Source of the DNA: an uncultured archaeon
Lineage (GTDB): Archaea > Aenigmatarchaeota > Aenigmatarchaeia > CG10238-14 > EX4484-224
Direction of reading: 5' to 3'
NCBI GenBank assembly: GCA_964524025.1
Contig: CAZGBT010000002.1
Span: forward strand, 11,210-75,209
Length of the DNA: 64,000 bases
The first letter of the stretch is position 1. Each line of letters opens with the position of its first letter. This document shows positions 47,646-57,891 of the stretch, in pieces. The position numbers and the translations under genes were made by a program. The notes beneath the pieces are model-generated. The model searched no databases. It worked only from the letters and a program-made list of their open reading frames with translations, and was not told where the DNA came from.

Positions 47646-48389
47646 TCACCTTATATTTTCGTATTTTACGGTTTTGCCAAACAATTTTCTATCTATGAAA
47701 TAGCTTAAAAACCATTTCCTAAAACACTTCAATGTCCCAAAAGCCCCATACTTTTTACTCCTTCTAGAAGAAGCTATAACATACGTGTCTGTAACATAAG
47801 CAAATTTTCCATTCAATTTTTGTAATTTAAGACTAAACTCAACGTCTTCTGACGGCCATATGTTTGGGTAACCTCCTACCTTAATAAAAACGTTTTTCCT
47901 TATTGCCGTTATTATTGCTGGAAAGAAGCATTTTTTTACCTTCGCTAATTGCTTGTTTAGAAAGTTTGCAACGAAAAAAGGAAAGATCTGTTGATAGCTA
48001 TCCACTAAACACGGGCACGTGGCTGCTATTACGTCTTTATCTTCAAACGGTTTAGTTATAGCTTTCAAGAAATTCTTTAAAACGAAAGTATCAGCATCTA
48101 AAAAAATTAAAATTTCACTTTTAGCTTCCCTCGCTCCTACATTTCTAGCCAGACCGGCCCCCTTTTCTTTAATTACTATAATTTTATCAGCATATTTTTC
48201 TGCTATTTTAATCGTATCGTCTTCGCTTGCACTATCAACGATTATTATTTCATAAGGGCAATCGAAATCTTGATCTCGAAGGGAAAAAAGGCACCTTTCA
48301 ATATATTTCTCCTCATTTAAAGTAGGTATTATAACAGAAACTCTAGGGTTAATCACACTCCTTATTACTCTTACCTTCTTACTTGCCAT
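47646..48389 (-). CDS. GT2 glycosyltransferase
   Basis: SVIIPTLNEE, IVDS.S.D, ARNVG, FLDAD, ED, SSRR. Confidence 0.93.
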   Translation of the reverse strand: MASKKVRVIRSVINPRVSVIIPTLNEEKYIERCLFSLRDQDFDCPYEIIIVDSASEDDTIKIAEKYADKIIVIKEKGAGLARNVGAREAKSEILIFLDADTFVLKNFLKAITKPFEDKDVIAATCPCLVDSYQQIFPFFVANFLNKQLAKVKKCFFPAIITAIRKNVFIKVGGYPNIWPSEDVEFSLKLQKLNGKFAYVTDTYVIASSRRSKKYGAFGTLKCFRKWFLSYFIDRKLFGKTVKYENIR

Positions 48390-48432
48390 TTATCTCAAAA
48401 ATTTTTTAAAACCTCTGGTTATTAAGATAACT

Positions 48433-49074
48433 ATGGCTGAGACTTTAAGCACAGGCTATATAATAGCTGGTGCTTATGCTCAGAAGTTAAGAAAAACTTT
48501 GTTCGCCAGGTTATCAAGTTTGATGAAAAGTGGAGAAATCCAGTCTCAAGAAGTAGCAAGAGCTGCAGGAGAAGTTAATAGATTAGTCTTTGAGATTCTG
48601 GTAAATGAATTAAAGTTAGACAAAGGTGATCTAGTAAGAATAAGAATAGACTACGAAGTTAAAGACGGTAAGATAGAGTGGAACTGGAATACTTTGCAAA
48701 TAGAAGCCTTCAAGAGGATGCCAGAAGAACAAATAAATGAGATTATAAAGAAAGTTCTAGAAAAAGGTGTTGGAATGCCAGAATATTCTGTAGAAAAAAT
48801 TGGAGAAACTAGGTTTGGTGATATAGTTTATAAAGTTTTAGAAAATGAAAGGGAAGTAGGAAAGATATTAGTAAGTAAAATCAATGACGAAATTCTTGTT
48901 AAAGGAGCAACAAAAGAACCAAATAGGATTATAGAGAGTTTTAAGATAAAATTAAGCGGAACTATAGAAGACACAATCAAATCTAACATAACTACGATAG
49001 TTCAGACCGGAAATCCAAGCGATGAAGAGAGTGTAAAAAAAGCATTAGAAGATATAGAAGAATTGCTCAAATAA
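48433..49074 (+). CDS. DUF2258 / ThermoDBP-related ssDNA-binding family protein
   Basis: LSTGYIIAGAYAQKLRKTLFA, KGDLVRIRIDY. Confidence 0.8.
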   Translation: MAETLSTGYIIAGAYAQKLRKTLFARLSSLMKSGEIQSQEVARAAGEVNRLVFEILVNELKLDKGDLVRIRIDYEVKDGKIEWNWNTLQIEAFKRMPEEQINEIIKKVLEKGVGMPEYSVEKIGETRFGDIVYKVLENEREVGKILVSKINDEILVKGATKEPNRIIESFKIKLSGTIEDTIKSNITTIVQTGNPSDEESVKKALEDIEELLK

Positions 49075-49089
49075 AATTTTCAGGATAAC

Positions 49090-50187
49090 ATGAACAAAAT
49101 AAGGTTTTCAGTACTAATTCCTGTCTACAAGGAATCGCCTTTTTTAAGAGAACTTTTAGATTCAATACTTTCAAACAATGTAAGCAAAGAAATTCTCGTA
49201 GGGATAGATTGTCCAACTAAAGAGAGCCTTAAAATTGTTTCGGAATACTCAAAAAAAGGTATTAGATTTATCTTGAGCAAAAAAAGACAGGGGAAAGCTA
49301 CTTGCTTAAATAAATTGGCTAGTATATCTAAAGGTAATTACTTAGTATTTATAGATGCTGATACAAAGATCGAACCTCAGAATTTTTTAGAAATTCTAGA
49401 AAAAGAGCTTGAGCGTAAACGTTTGGATATAGTAGAGGTTAACAAAACTATGAGTGGCAATTTACTTGAAGCCAGAATTTTTGATGTGGGAATGCGTCTT
49501 CAGAGCTTAGCTAATTATATCACAATAAACAAGTTTGGGAAAGGATTTGGAGTATGTGGGTATTTCATTTGCATAAAGAAAGATTTGTTTGAGAAAATCA
49601 AGGGTTTTAGAAAAATAATTGTAGAAGATGCAGATTTATCGTTTAGACTGAACATGCTTAAAACTAAATGGAAGTACTGTAGCAGGATAAAAATAACACA
49701 AGTACTTCCCGATAAAAGAAAAAAACTTTGGCCTAAAATTAAAAGATGGATTTTTGGAATCGGACTTTTCATAAAAGGAATAATAAATAATCCTCACTTA
49801 TGCAAAACTTATATGTCCCGAAATGTTTCTTCATTCTTATTAGGATTACCAATTTTATTTCCAGCTTTTATTATGTTATCGATATTAACTATATTAACTT
49901 ATCCGGTCTTTACGATCCATCGCTATAGACTATTTACATCGCCTCTATTTCCTTTTAACTTTCCCTTGCAAACTGGAATGTTTATCTTTTCGTTTACTCT
50001 TTATCTGGCATTACTTTTACCTTGTTATTTTCTTTATAAAAAGTTTCTTAGGAAAATAAATTTAGATTTAAGATTTTTCAACTTTACAATTTATTATCTA
50101 ATTTCTCCTTTTTTCCTGTTTAGTTATATCTTTGCCATCTTCTATTCATATCTAACTAAGCCTAAATTCGAGGATTGGAAAGTGTAA
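49090..50187 (+). CDS. Membrane GT2 glycosyltransferase (processive-type layout)
   Basis: IPVYKE, GKA.CLN, DAD, VED, KIKRW (QxxRW-like), C-terminal TM helices. Confidence 0.88.
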   Translation: MNKIRFSVLIPVYKESPFLRELLDSILSNNVSKEILVGIDCPTKESLKIVSEYSKKGIRFILSKKRQGKATCLNKLASISKGNYLVFIDADTKIEPQNFLEILEKELERKRLDIVEVNKTMSGNLLEARIFDVGMRLQSLANYITINKFGKGFGVCGYFICIKKDLFEKIKGFRKIIVEDADLSFRLNMLKTKWKYCSRIKITQVLPDKRKKLWPKIKRWIFGIGLFIKGIINNPHLCKTYMSRNVSSFLLGLPILFPAFIMLSILTILTYPVFTIHRYRLFTSPLFPFNFPLQTGMFIFSFTLYLALLLPCYFLYKKFLRKINLDLRFFNFTIYYLISPFFLFSYIFAIFYSYLTKPKFEDWKV

Positions 50188-50193
50188 ATTAGC

Positions 50194-51504
50194 ATGTTGC
50201 AGCAAAAAAAACTAAGAAGGATTGCAAGATTAACCGTTAAAGCTTTAAGAATAAGCAAAAAACCAAATGAAGGCATAGAACTTGCTAAGAAAAGGTTCGG
50301 ATCTAAGCTAATAAACAAATTATTAAGTAAAAACTATTGGAGGCTTGATGAGCTTCCTACGAACTTAAAAAAAATTCTAAAATATTTAGAAGATCCTAGT
50401 TTTGGGCCTTTAGTGATAAAAAGAAACAGAAAAATATACGTGAAGAAGCTTGTAGGGGAAGTGGTTAGGATAGTCTATTCTGAAGTTGAACCTGAAATTA
50501 AAAAACTAGTGGAATTCTTGAAAGAAGAGATTTGGAAAAAAGGCTGTCATGTTGTAGATTTTACATATTCTTCTAGAGAAGCTAGAAAACATCTTATCTT
50601 AAGTCCATTTGATGCATTAGCTGAACTCCCAAAGATATCTTTAGCAGCGGCAAAGTATTATGACGTAAGAATTTTTATAGGAGGCGAAGAAGATATTTAC
50701 TGGGCTAAAGGATATGAATGGAAACTTAGGTTTGGAGCCAAAGCTTCTGAAAAAATTAGAGAAATTATAGATAGAAGGAAAATTAGATGGTTATACTTTG
50801 GGTGGCCAGTAAAAAAGAACGAATACTTTGTAAGTGAGAAAATTTATAGGAAAGTTTTTTACAAGAGTATAGAGAAGACTTTTAGTAAAAAGACTAGGGA
50901 GCTATGTAAAACTTATGAAAAGCTTCTCAAGAATGTAAACAAAATAAGAATAACTGCTTCTGACGGTACTGATTTAACATTTAGAATTAAAGGTAGGCCT
51001 ATTCTAGTAGCTGATGGAATTATCGACGAAAGAGATATGAAAAGAGGAGATGTTGGTTTAAATATACCGGATGGAGAAGTTTTTGTTGCTCCTTTAGAGC
51101 ATTCAGCAAATGGTTATATAAAATTCGATTGGGTGCCGATTCATGGATTTGGCTTAGTGAAAGACTTAGAAATTGAATTTAAGAAAGGCAAGGTAGTTTG
51201 GTTTAACTCGCCGCAGAAATCTATTTTTAAAAAGTTTTTGAAGGCAAATACAGGAGAAAAAGATAGAATAGCTGAATTTGGAATAGGAACTAATCCTGCT
51301 GCGAGACCAATAGGAGAAACTATAGTTGACGAAAAGATATTCGGAAGCATTCATATAGCAATAGGAAATAACAGAGGTTGCTATCATGGCAAAAACAAAG
51401 CTTCAAGCCATTTAGATATGATTAAAATAATGAAAGGTGTTGATGGAAGAGTTTATGCCGATGGGAAGCTCATAATGCAAGATGGGAAACCAATAATAGA
51501 ATGA
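50194..51504 (+). CDS. M29 (AmpS/AmpT) aminopeptidase
   Basis: NIPDGEVF.AP, AEFGIGTN, DEKIFGSIHIAIG, HLD. Confidence 0.9.
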   Translation: MLQQKKLRRIARLTVKALRISKKPNEGIELAKKRFGSKLINKLLSKNYWRLDELPTNLKKILKYLEDPSFGPLVIKRNRKIYVKKLVGEVVRIVYSEVEPEIKKLVEFLKEEIWKKGCHVVDFTYSSREARKHLILSPFDALAELPKISLAAAKYYDVRIFIGGEEDIYWAKGYEWKLRFGAKASEKIREIIDRRKIRWLYFGWPVKKNEYFVSEKIYRKVFYKSIEKTFSKKTRELCKTYEKLLKNVNKIRITASDGTDLTFRIKGRPILVADGIIDERDMKRGDVGLNIPDGEVFVAPLEHSANGYIKFDWVPIHGFGLVKDLEIEFKKGKVVWFNSPQKSIFKKFLKANTGEKDRIAEFGIGTNPAARPIGETIVDEKIFGSIHIAIGNNRGCYHGKNKASSHLDMIKIMKGVDGRVYADGKLIMQDGKPIIE

Positions 51505-52562
51505 ATTTACTTAAGGAAAAATTCTCTGATATAAAGAATTTCCTTAAGAAAAAGAAACTTGATGCAATAATACTTTTTAATATAGGAAATTTTATCGATC
51601 CAAACATTCAATACTTTACAAATTTTAAACCTATAGCTGGATTGACTAATTGTATTTTCCTGTTAACTAAAGAAATCGAAGATTGTAAATTGTTTCTTTC
51701 AGAAGAAATAGGAAAAGTTAAAACAAACGTAGAAATTATATGGACTAAAAAGTTTAAACTAAAAGAGATTCTTTCTTCTTTTAAGTTTAAACGAATAGGG
51801 GTAAATAAGTACAAAATTCCTGCAAAGTTATTGGAAAAATTGAAGAGGATACTTAAATGCGGAATTATAGATGTAAACAAATTTTTACTTGAAATTAGAT
51901 CTGTTAAGGTAAAAGACGAGATTAAAATAATTAAGAAAGTTACAAAACTTACTAACAAATGCATAAAGCAAATAGAAAACAGATTTTCTGAGTTTAAAAA
52001 TGAAAACGAAATTTCAGATTTCATAGATAATTTTGCAAAGTCTAATAATCTAAAGTTGGCATTTCCAACCATAGCTGCTTCTGGAAAAAGATCCTCCCTA
52101 ATCCATCCAGTTATAAAAAAGAGAATTGAATTTGCTGGCTATATAGATTTTGGCTTTGATTTAAATGGTTATAAGACTGACGTTACCATACCTTTCATAA
52201 AGAAAAAAACCAGAGAAGTAGAAAAATTTGCAGAAATATTATTAGAATCTTACGAAATTGCTTTAGAAAATTTGAGAGTTGGTAATATGAGTTCTAACAT
52301 TTATAAAAAGGTTGAAGACTTTCTAAAGAAGCATGGATTTGGACTAAGGCATGCGTTAGGTCATGGTTTGGGATTAGAAGTTCACGAATTACCGTCATTC
52401 GATTCGAAGAGTAAGTATTTTTTAAAAAATGGGAATGTGTTTACTATAGAGCCAGGAATTTATGTTAAAACATTTGGGTTAAGGATAGAAGACGATTTCC
52501 TTTTGTGGAAAAACAAGCTTATTCCTTTGACCCAAAGTTTTCTGCTAGATTTAACTCAATAA
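51501..52562 (+). CDS. M24B Xaa-Pro peptidase
   Basis: IDFG...YKTD.T, HALGHGLGLEVHE, TIEPGIY, RIEDD. Confidence 0.92.
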   Translation: MNLLKEKFSDIKNFLKKKKLDAIILFNIGNFIDPNIQYFTNFKPIAGLTNCIFLLTKEIEDCKLFLSEEIGKVKTNVEIIWTKKFKLKEILSSFKFKRIGVNKYKIPAKLLEKLKRILKCGIIDVNKFLLEIRSVKVKDEIKIIKKVTKLTNKCIKQIENRFSEFKNENEISDFIDNFAKSNNLKLAFPTIAASGKRSSLIHPVIKKRIEFAGYIDFGFDLNGYKTDVTIPFIKKKTREVEKFAEILLESYEIALENLRVGNMSSNIYKKVEDFLKKHGFGLRHALGHGLGLEVHELPSFDSKSKYFLKNGNVFTIEPGIYVKTFGLRIEDDFLLWKNKLIPLTQSFLLDLTQ

Positions 52563-54382
52563 ATTATTTTAATAGCTTTCTTTGAGATTAAAGCTCTTAA
52601 CAATTTTTTACCTATTTCTGAACCCTTACTTATTTTAATTTTTCCTTTTTTGCTAACTGTAGCTGAAAACAAAAATTCATTATCTACATAAAAACTTACT
52701 GGCTTACCCGCATACCTCTTTCCAATATTAAATTCTAAACTATTACCTAGTTCAATTACTTGAAAACCCAATTCCTTGCCAATAGCCTTTCTTAATGGTT
52801 CTACTTCTAATTTAATCCCAAGCCTTTCTTCTAACTTAGAGATTGTTTTTCCATTCTTCCCTATTATTCTTGGTATTGCTTCATTTCTAACCCTAATTAT
52901 AGCTTTATTACCGCTTACAATTTCAACTTCTGCATAAGGATCAAATTTTTTAATCTCAAGATATATTCTTTCTTCGGCAAGTCTTTTTGTTACATCTTTT
53001 GCTTTAACTTTTTCAACAGGAACAACTACATTTTCTTCACCATAAGTATAAATTTCATATTCTAACTTTCCTGTCTCAAAATCTCTAACTTCAACCACAG
53101 GTCTTGCTAGATCTGCTTCAGTCATTCCAGTAGGAACTTTAACTGTTAGCGATAATTCATAAACTTTCTTTATTTTTCCGGCTTCAACAAAAATGATTGT
53201 ATCGACTATATGAGGTATCATCCCTAATTCTATTCTACCCATAAATCGCTGAATAGCATCTATAGGAGAAGATGCATGAACTACTCCTACCATCCCTACA
53301 CCGGCTAGTCTAAGGTCTGCAAAAACTTTAAAATCTTTTGTCTTTCTAACTTCGTCAAATATAGAATAATCTGGTCTTACCAAAAGCAGAATGTCCGCAG
53401 TCTTCTCGAAATCCCCTTCTAAAGGTCCGTACTGTGCTATTTCATCTGGAACTTGTAAGTCCCTTGGACTTTCTAGAGTTTTTACTATTTTTCCTTTCCT
53501 CCAATAAAATTCCGCCAAACTAGAAGCTAAAGTTGTTTTACCGCTTCCAGGAGGTCCGCATATTAAAATTCCTTCAGCTTTTTCCTCTAATCTTTTCATA
53601 AGTTTTTCCGACAAACCATATTCCTCTAACGATAACTTTACAATAGGTCTTACTATAGTTACTTCAACACCATCGCTAAATGGAGGTCTCGTTATAGCAA
53701 TCCTATAATTATTAAATTGCAAAACTGTAGCTCCTGCTCTTGAAATTTCCATAAACCCCTCTTCGCTTATCCTTGCAGCCTCTGTTATTTCTCTTATAAT
53801 TTCCTCAACTTCCTCTCTCGTTAATGGCTTATCTGTAAGCTTAACAAGTTTGAAGTTTCCTGGTTTTCCTCTTTTTGCATAAATTGGCGCTTTTTCTTTT
53901 ATATGCAAGCTTAATGTATCAGGAGTAAGGTACTTTTCGAAAATCAAACCTTCTTTTTTAACCTCAGGTGGTATATATTTAACTTCTACACCTTCTGCTT
54001 CTGCCACTAAAGCCTGAACGTAGTCTGCTGTATAAAGGATTGCATTCTCTTTTTTTGCAGTTTCCCTTATTATAGCATCTATTCTGCCTGCCTTTGCTAA
54101 TTTAATATCTTCTAAAGTTGGTATTTCTCCTGAAAATCTTATTTTTATGCCCTTTTCCTTACAAATTTTCCTTAACTTTCTTAATTCATCCAAACCGATA
54201 AAACCCACTTCTTTACCTTTAGAAGCTTGGGCTTGTAACTCGTCTAGAACTGCCCTAGGTATGATTATCTCAATGTTTTTTAACTCTCCTTTCTCTATTA
54301 ACTCAGAGAGCTTTCTATCTATTATTATCGAAGTATCGGGCGCTATTTTAGTTATTTTTCTCTTTCTTGCCATAGTTTTCAT
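52556..54382 (-). CDS. PINA: PIN-domain ATPase with KH domain
   Basis: PDTSIIID PIN domain, GPPGSGKTT, ESPRDL, DEVR, IIGKNG KH; start may be 54373. Confidence 0.93.
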   Translation of the reverse strand: MKTMARKRKITKIAPDTSIIIDRKLSELIEKGELKNIEIIIPRAVLDELQAQASKGKEVGFIGLDELRKLRKICKEKGIKIRFSGEIPTLEDIKLAKAGRIDAIIRETAKKENAILYTADYVQALVAEAEGVEVKYIPPEVKKEGLIFEKYLTPDTLSLHIKEKAPIYAKRGKPGNFKLVKLTDKPLTREEVEEIIREITEAARISEEGFMEISRAGATVLQFNNYRIAITRPPFSDGVEVTIVRPIVKLSLEEYGLSEKLMKRLEEKAEGILICGPPGSGKTTLASSLAEFYWRKGKIVKTLESPRDLQVPDEIAQYGPLEGDFEKTADILLLVRPDYSIFDEVRKTKDFKVFADLRLAGVGMVGVVHASSPIDAIQRFMGRIELGMIPHIVDTIIFVEAGKIKKVYELSLTVKVPTGMTEADLARPVVEVRDFETGKLEYEIYTYGEENVVVPVEKVKAKDVTKRLAEERIYLEIKKFDPYAEVEIVSGNKAIIRVRNEAIPRIIGKNGKTISKLEERLGIKLEVEPLRKAIGKELGFQVIELGNSLEFNIGKRYAGKPVSFYVDNEFLFSATVSKKGKIKISKGSEIGKKLLRALISKKAIKIIY

Positions 54383-54526
54383 TTGAAATTGTCTCTTAAA
54401 ATTTTAATTCTAATCAGCAATGCATTTATTAAGCTTTACTCTAAATAATTCTTGATAAGGATGGGTGGTCGACGGATCTAATTTCTTCAAAAATTTTAAG
54501 CAAAAAAATTATTCTATAAAAGCAGT

Positions 54527-57496
54527 ATGTTGGACTTGCTGAAAATTCAGGAAGAGATTAGAGAATTTTGGGAAAGGAACAATATTCCAAAGAAAATTGT
54601 AGAAAAAAGGTTTAGCGAAAAAAAGCCTAAATTTTTCTTGCTAGATGGCCCGCCTTATGTTAACCAAGTAGCGCATGTAGGTCATATAAAAACGACAACA
54701 ATGAAAGACGTTTGGTCTAAGTTTAAGCTTATGCAAGGCTTTGCCTCTTGGTTCCAGCCAGGTTTTGATTGCCATGGATTGCCAATAGAAAACATGGTAG
54801 AAAGAAAACTTGGAATTAAATCAAAAAAAGAGATAGAAGAGAAGATTGGTGTAGAGAGATTTATGAAACTATGTAGGGAGCATGCAAAAGGAAATGAGCA
54901 GGTATGGCTTGAGCTTTACAGAAAGTTAGGAGCTTGGAGAGGCTATTTCCAACCTTATCTTACGCTAGAGAATTACTACATAGAAGCAGGCTGGTGGACT
55001 ATAAAGAAATTTTTCGAAAAAGGTATGATTTACCAGGGCGAAAAACCTGTGTTCTGGTGCTGTAGATGTCAAACTTCTTTAGCAGGTTACGAGGTTACAG
55101 ATAGTTATGCCCAAGTTAAAGATCCAGCAATTTACGTGAAATTTAGGATTAAAGGAAATGAATTTATTGTAATTTATACTACTACACCATGGACTCTAAT
55201 TGGAAATGTAGCTATAGCTGTGCATCCAGAAGAAAAGTACGTAAAAGTAAAAGTAGGGAATGAAATATTAATAGTTGCAAAAAAGAGGGTTAAGGCAATT
55301 TTTGAGGAGTTATTAAATGTAGAGTACCAGGTTATAGAAGAATTTCCAGGTAAGAAACTAGAAGGAACAAAATACGAACCTGTTGTTAATGTTCCTATCC
55401 AACAAGAATTATCTAAAAAAGAAAATGCTCATAAAGTAATCCTTTCTATACCTGTACTTAAATCAAAAGCCTATGCTAAAAAGGTAGAAAGGATTAGCGA
55501 GATGGAAGAGGAAGTTAGCCATTTGGTTAACGTCGAAGAAGGAACTGGTTGTGTTCATATAGCTCCAGGCCATGGTCCAGAAGATTATTATATAGGTCAA
55601 TATTACAACCTTCCTGCGGTCTCTCCTGTCGATGACGAAGGAAAGTTTACAGAAGATGCAGGTGAATTTCGTGGAATTTTTGTGAAAGATGCTAACAACC
55701 TAATAATCCAAAAACTTAAAGAAAAAAATTTATTGCTATACGAGGGGTCTGTTGTACACTCGTATCCATTATGCTGGAGATGTAAATCTCCGCTGATTTT
55801 TAGACTAAGCAAACAGTGGTTTCTTTCTATAGAGCCTATAAAGGAGAAGATGCTTGAAGAAAATAAAAAGGTTAGATGGCTTCCTGATTATGGTAAAAAA
55901 AGATTTGAAAATTGGGCGAGGCAGGCAACTGATTGGTGTATATCAAGACAGAGATATTGGGGGATCCCGTTGCCTATTTGGATATGTAAAAGATGTGGAA
56001 ATTTAGAGGTTATAGGCTCAAAAAAAGAGTTAGAAGAGAAATCCGTAAACATTAAAGAAATCCAAGATTTGCACAAACACTTTGTAGATAAAGTTAAGAT
56101 AAAATGCAAAAAATGTGGAGAATTGATGGAAAGAGTTCCTGATGTTTTGGATGTTTGGTTCGATTCTGGAATAGCTCCATGGGCATCTTTAGGATATCCC
56201 TTTAGGAATAAAGAAATGTTTGAAAAGTTATGGCCTGTAGATCTTGTATGCGAATCACAAGATCAAATAAGAGGTTGGTTTTATTCATTAATGTTTTGCG
56301 GAGTTGGCATTTTTAATCGATCTCCTTATAAAACGGTTTGCATGATGGGCTGGGTTGTCGATGAAAAAGGAGAAAAGATGAGTAAAAGTTTAGGAAATGT
56401 TGTTTGGGCTGAAGACGCTTTAAATAAATATGGAGCTGACCTTTTAAGATTTTACTATTGTTTTGCAAAACCACCTTGGGAAATTCAACCTTTTAGTTTT
56501 AAAGCTTTAGAGGATACCAAGAAATATTTCAACACGCTTTGGAATTGCTTTCAATTCTTTCTCACTTATTGCAACAAATTAGATTTTTCGCTTGAAAATC
56601 TCAAGCTTGAGGATAGATGGATTTTATCAAAACTCAACTCGCTAATAAAAGAATTTACAGAATACATGGAAAGTTTTAAGTTTAACTTAGCCATGAAAGC
56701 TTGGGCAGAATTTTTGTTAGAGGATTTAAGCAGAACTTATATAAAATTAATAAGAGATAGAGTTTGGGTAAGCAGAAAAGGTAAGAAGAAACAAAGTGCA
56801 CTATCTACACTTTACTTTTCCTTGCTTACTTTAATTAAGCTCTTAGCTCCAATAAGTCCTTTTATCTCAGAATATCTTTACCAAAGATTGAAAAAATTTA
56901 AAAAAGAGAAGAAAACTTCGATTTTTGAAGAAGAATTTCCTTCCGTTCAAACAAGCTTTCTGGACGAAGAGTTAGAGAAAGATTTCGAAATTGCAAAAAA
57001 AATAATCGAAGCTTGTTATAAAGCTAGACAAGAAGCAAAAATTAAACTAAGATGGCCAATAAAAAGACTCGTATTAATCTTAAAAGAAGGAAAAGACTCG
57101 GCTAAAAGGTTAAAGGAGATTATCAAAAGGATGTGCAATTGTAAAAGAATTTGCTTTACTAAACGTAGGGGCAAATTCGTTAGAGTCGACTTTGAACTTG
57201 GATCTGTTCTAATAGATTCAGAGTTGGATAGAAAGTTAATAAAAGAAGCTATTAGGAGAGAATTAATAAGAGCTATTCAGTTTGAAAGGAAAAAAGAAGG
57301 ATTAAGAGTTAAGGATAAAATCAAAGTAGAAGTTAAAGCTAGCGATTTAGCTAAAGAAGCTTTAAAAGAAAAGATTGAAGATGTAAAAAGAAAAATATGC
57401 GCTGTAGAGCTTGAATTTAAAGAAGAAGTTGAAGAAAGGTATAGACTAAAATTGTTTGACCAAACGATTAGCTTTAACTTCAAAAAGGTAGAATGA
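54527..57496 (+). CDS. ileS: Isoleucyl-tRNA synthetase
   Basis: DGPPY, HVGH, GFDCHGLP, TTTPWTL, WCISRQRYWG, DQIRGWF, KMSKS. Confidence 0.97.
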   Translation: MLDLLKIQEEIREFWERNNIPKKIVEKRFSEKKPKFFLLDGPPYVNQVAHVGHIKTTTMKDVWSKFKLMQGFASWFQPGFDCHGLPIENMVERKLGIKSKKEIEEKIGVERFMKLCREHAKGNEQVWLELYRKLGAWRGYFQPYLTLENYYIEAGWWTIKKFFEKGMIYQGEKPVFWCCRCQTSLAGYEVTDSYAQVKDPAIYVKFRIKGNEFIVIYTTTPWTLIGNVAIAVHPEEKYVKVKVGNEILIVAKKRVKAIFEELLNVEYQVIEEFPGKKLEGTKYEPVVNVPIQQELSKKENAHKVILSIPVLKSKAYAKKVERISEMEEEVSHLVNVEEGTGCVHIAPGHGPEDYYIGQYYNLPAVSPVDDEGKFTEDAGEFRGIFVKDANNLIIQKLKEKNLLLYEGSVVHSYPLCWRCKSPLIFRLSKQWFLSIEPIKEKMLEENKKVRWLPDYGKKRFENWARQATDWCISRQRYWGIPLPIWICKRCGNLEVIGSKKELEEKSVNIKEIQDLHKHFVDKVKIKCKKCGELMERVPDVLDVWFDSGIAPWASLGYPFRNKEMFEKLWPVDLVCESQDQIRGWFYSLMFCGVGIFNRSPYKTVCMMGWVVDEKGEKMSKSLGNVVWAEDALNKYGADLLRFYYCFAKPPWEIQPFSFKALEDTKKYFNTLWNCFQFFLTYCNKLDFSLENLKLEDRWILSKLNSLIKEFTEYMESFKFNLAMKAWAEFLLEDLSRTYIKLIRDRVWVSRKGKKKQSALSTLYFSLLTLIKLLAPISPFISEYLYQRLKKFKKEKKTSIFEEEFPSVQTSFLDEELEKDFEIAKKIIEACYKARQEAKIKLRWPIKRLVLILKEGKDSAKRLKEIIKRMCNCKRICFTKRRGKFVRVDFELGSVLIDSELDRKLIKEAIRRELIRAIQFERKKEGLRVKDKIKVEVKASDLAKEALKEKIEDVKRKICAVELEFKEEVEERYRLKLFDQTISFNFKKVE

Positions 57497-57891
57497 ATGA
57501 TGAAAAAGTTATCCTACTTATAAGTACCATCTTAGCTATCATTGGTATGCTTTCCATCTATCTTTTATCGCTCTTTTATAAGCCGATAGAAATTCCAATA
57601 AGCGACCTAACTCTTGAATACGAAGGAAGGAAAGTTAGAGTTAAAGGAGAAATAACTAGAGTTTATTTAAATAAAGAAGGTACTTTTGGTTATTTAGTTT
57701 TGTCGGATAATATTTCATTCGTTCAAGTCCCTTTATTCTCCGATCTTATTTCTGCTTTAAAGAAAGAAGGTATATCACCACGCTATTTTAAAAAAGGTAT
57801 GATAGTCGAAGTAAGCGGAATAGTTAGCGAATATAAAGGGCTTTTACAAGTAATACCAAGAAAAGTTGATGATATAAGGCTGATAACTTGA
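57493..57891 (+). CDS. Membrane-anchored OB-fold protein
   Basis: N-terminal TM helix; VRVKGEI...LSD...VEVSGIVSEYKGLLQV. Confidence 0.8.
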   Translation: MNDEKVILLISTILAIIGMLSIYLLSLFYKPIEIPISDLTLEYEGRKVRVKGEITRVYLNKEGTFGYLVLSDNISFVQVPLFSDLISALKKEGISPRYFKKGMIVEVSGIVSEYKGLLQVIPRKVDDIRLIT

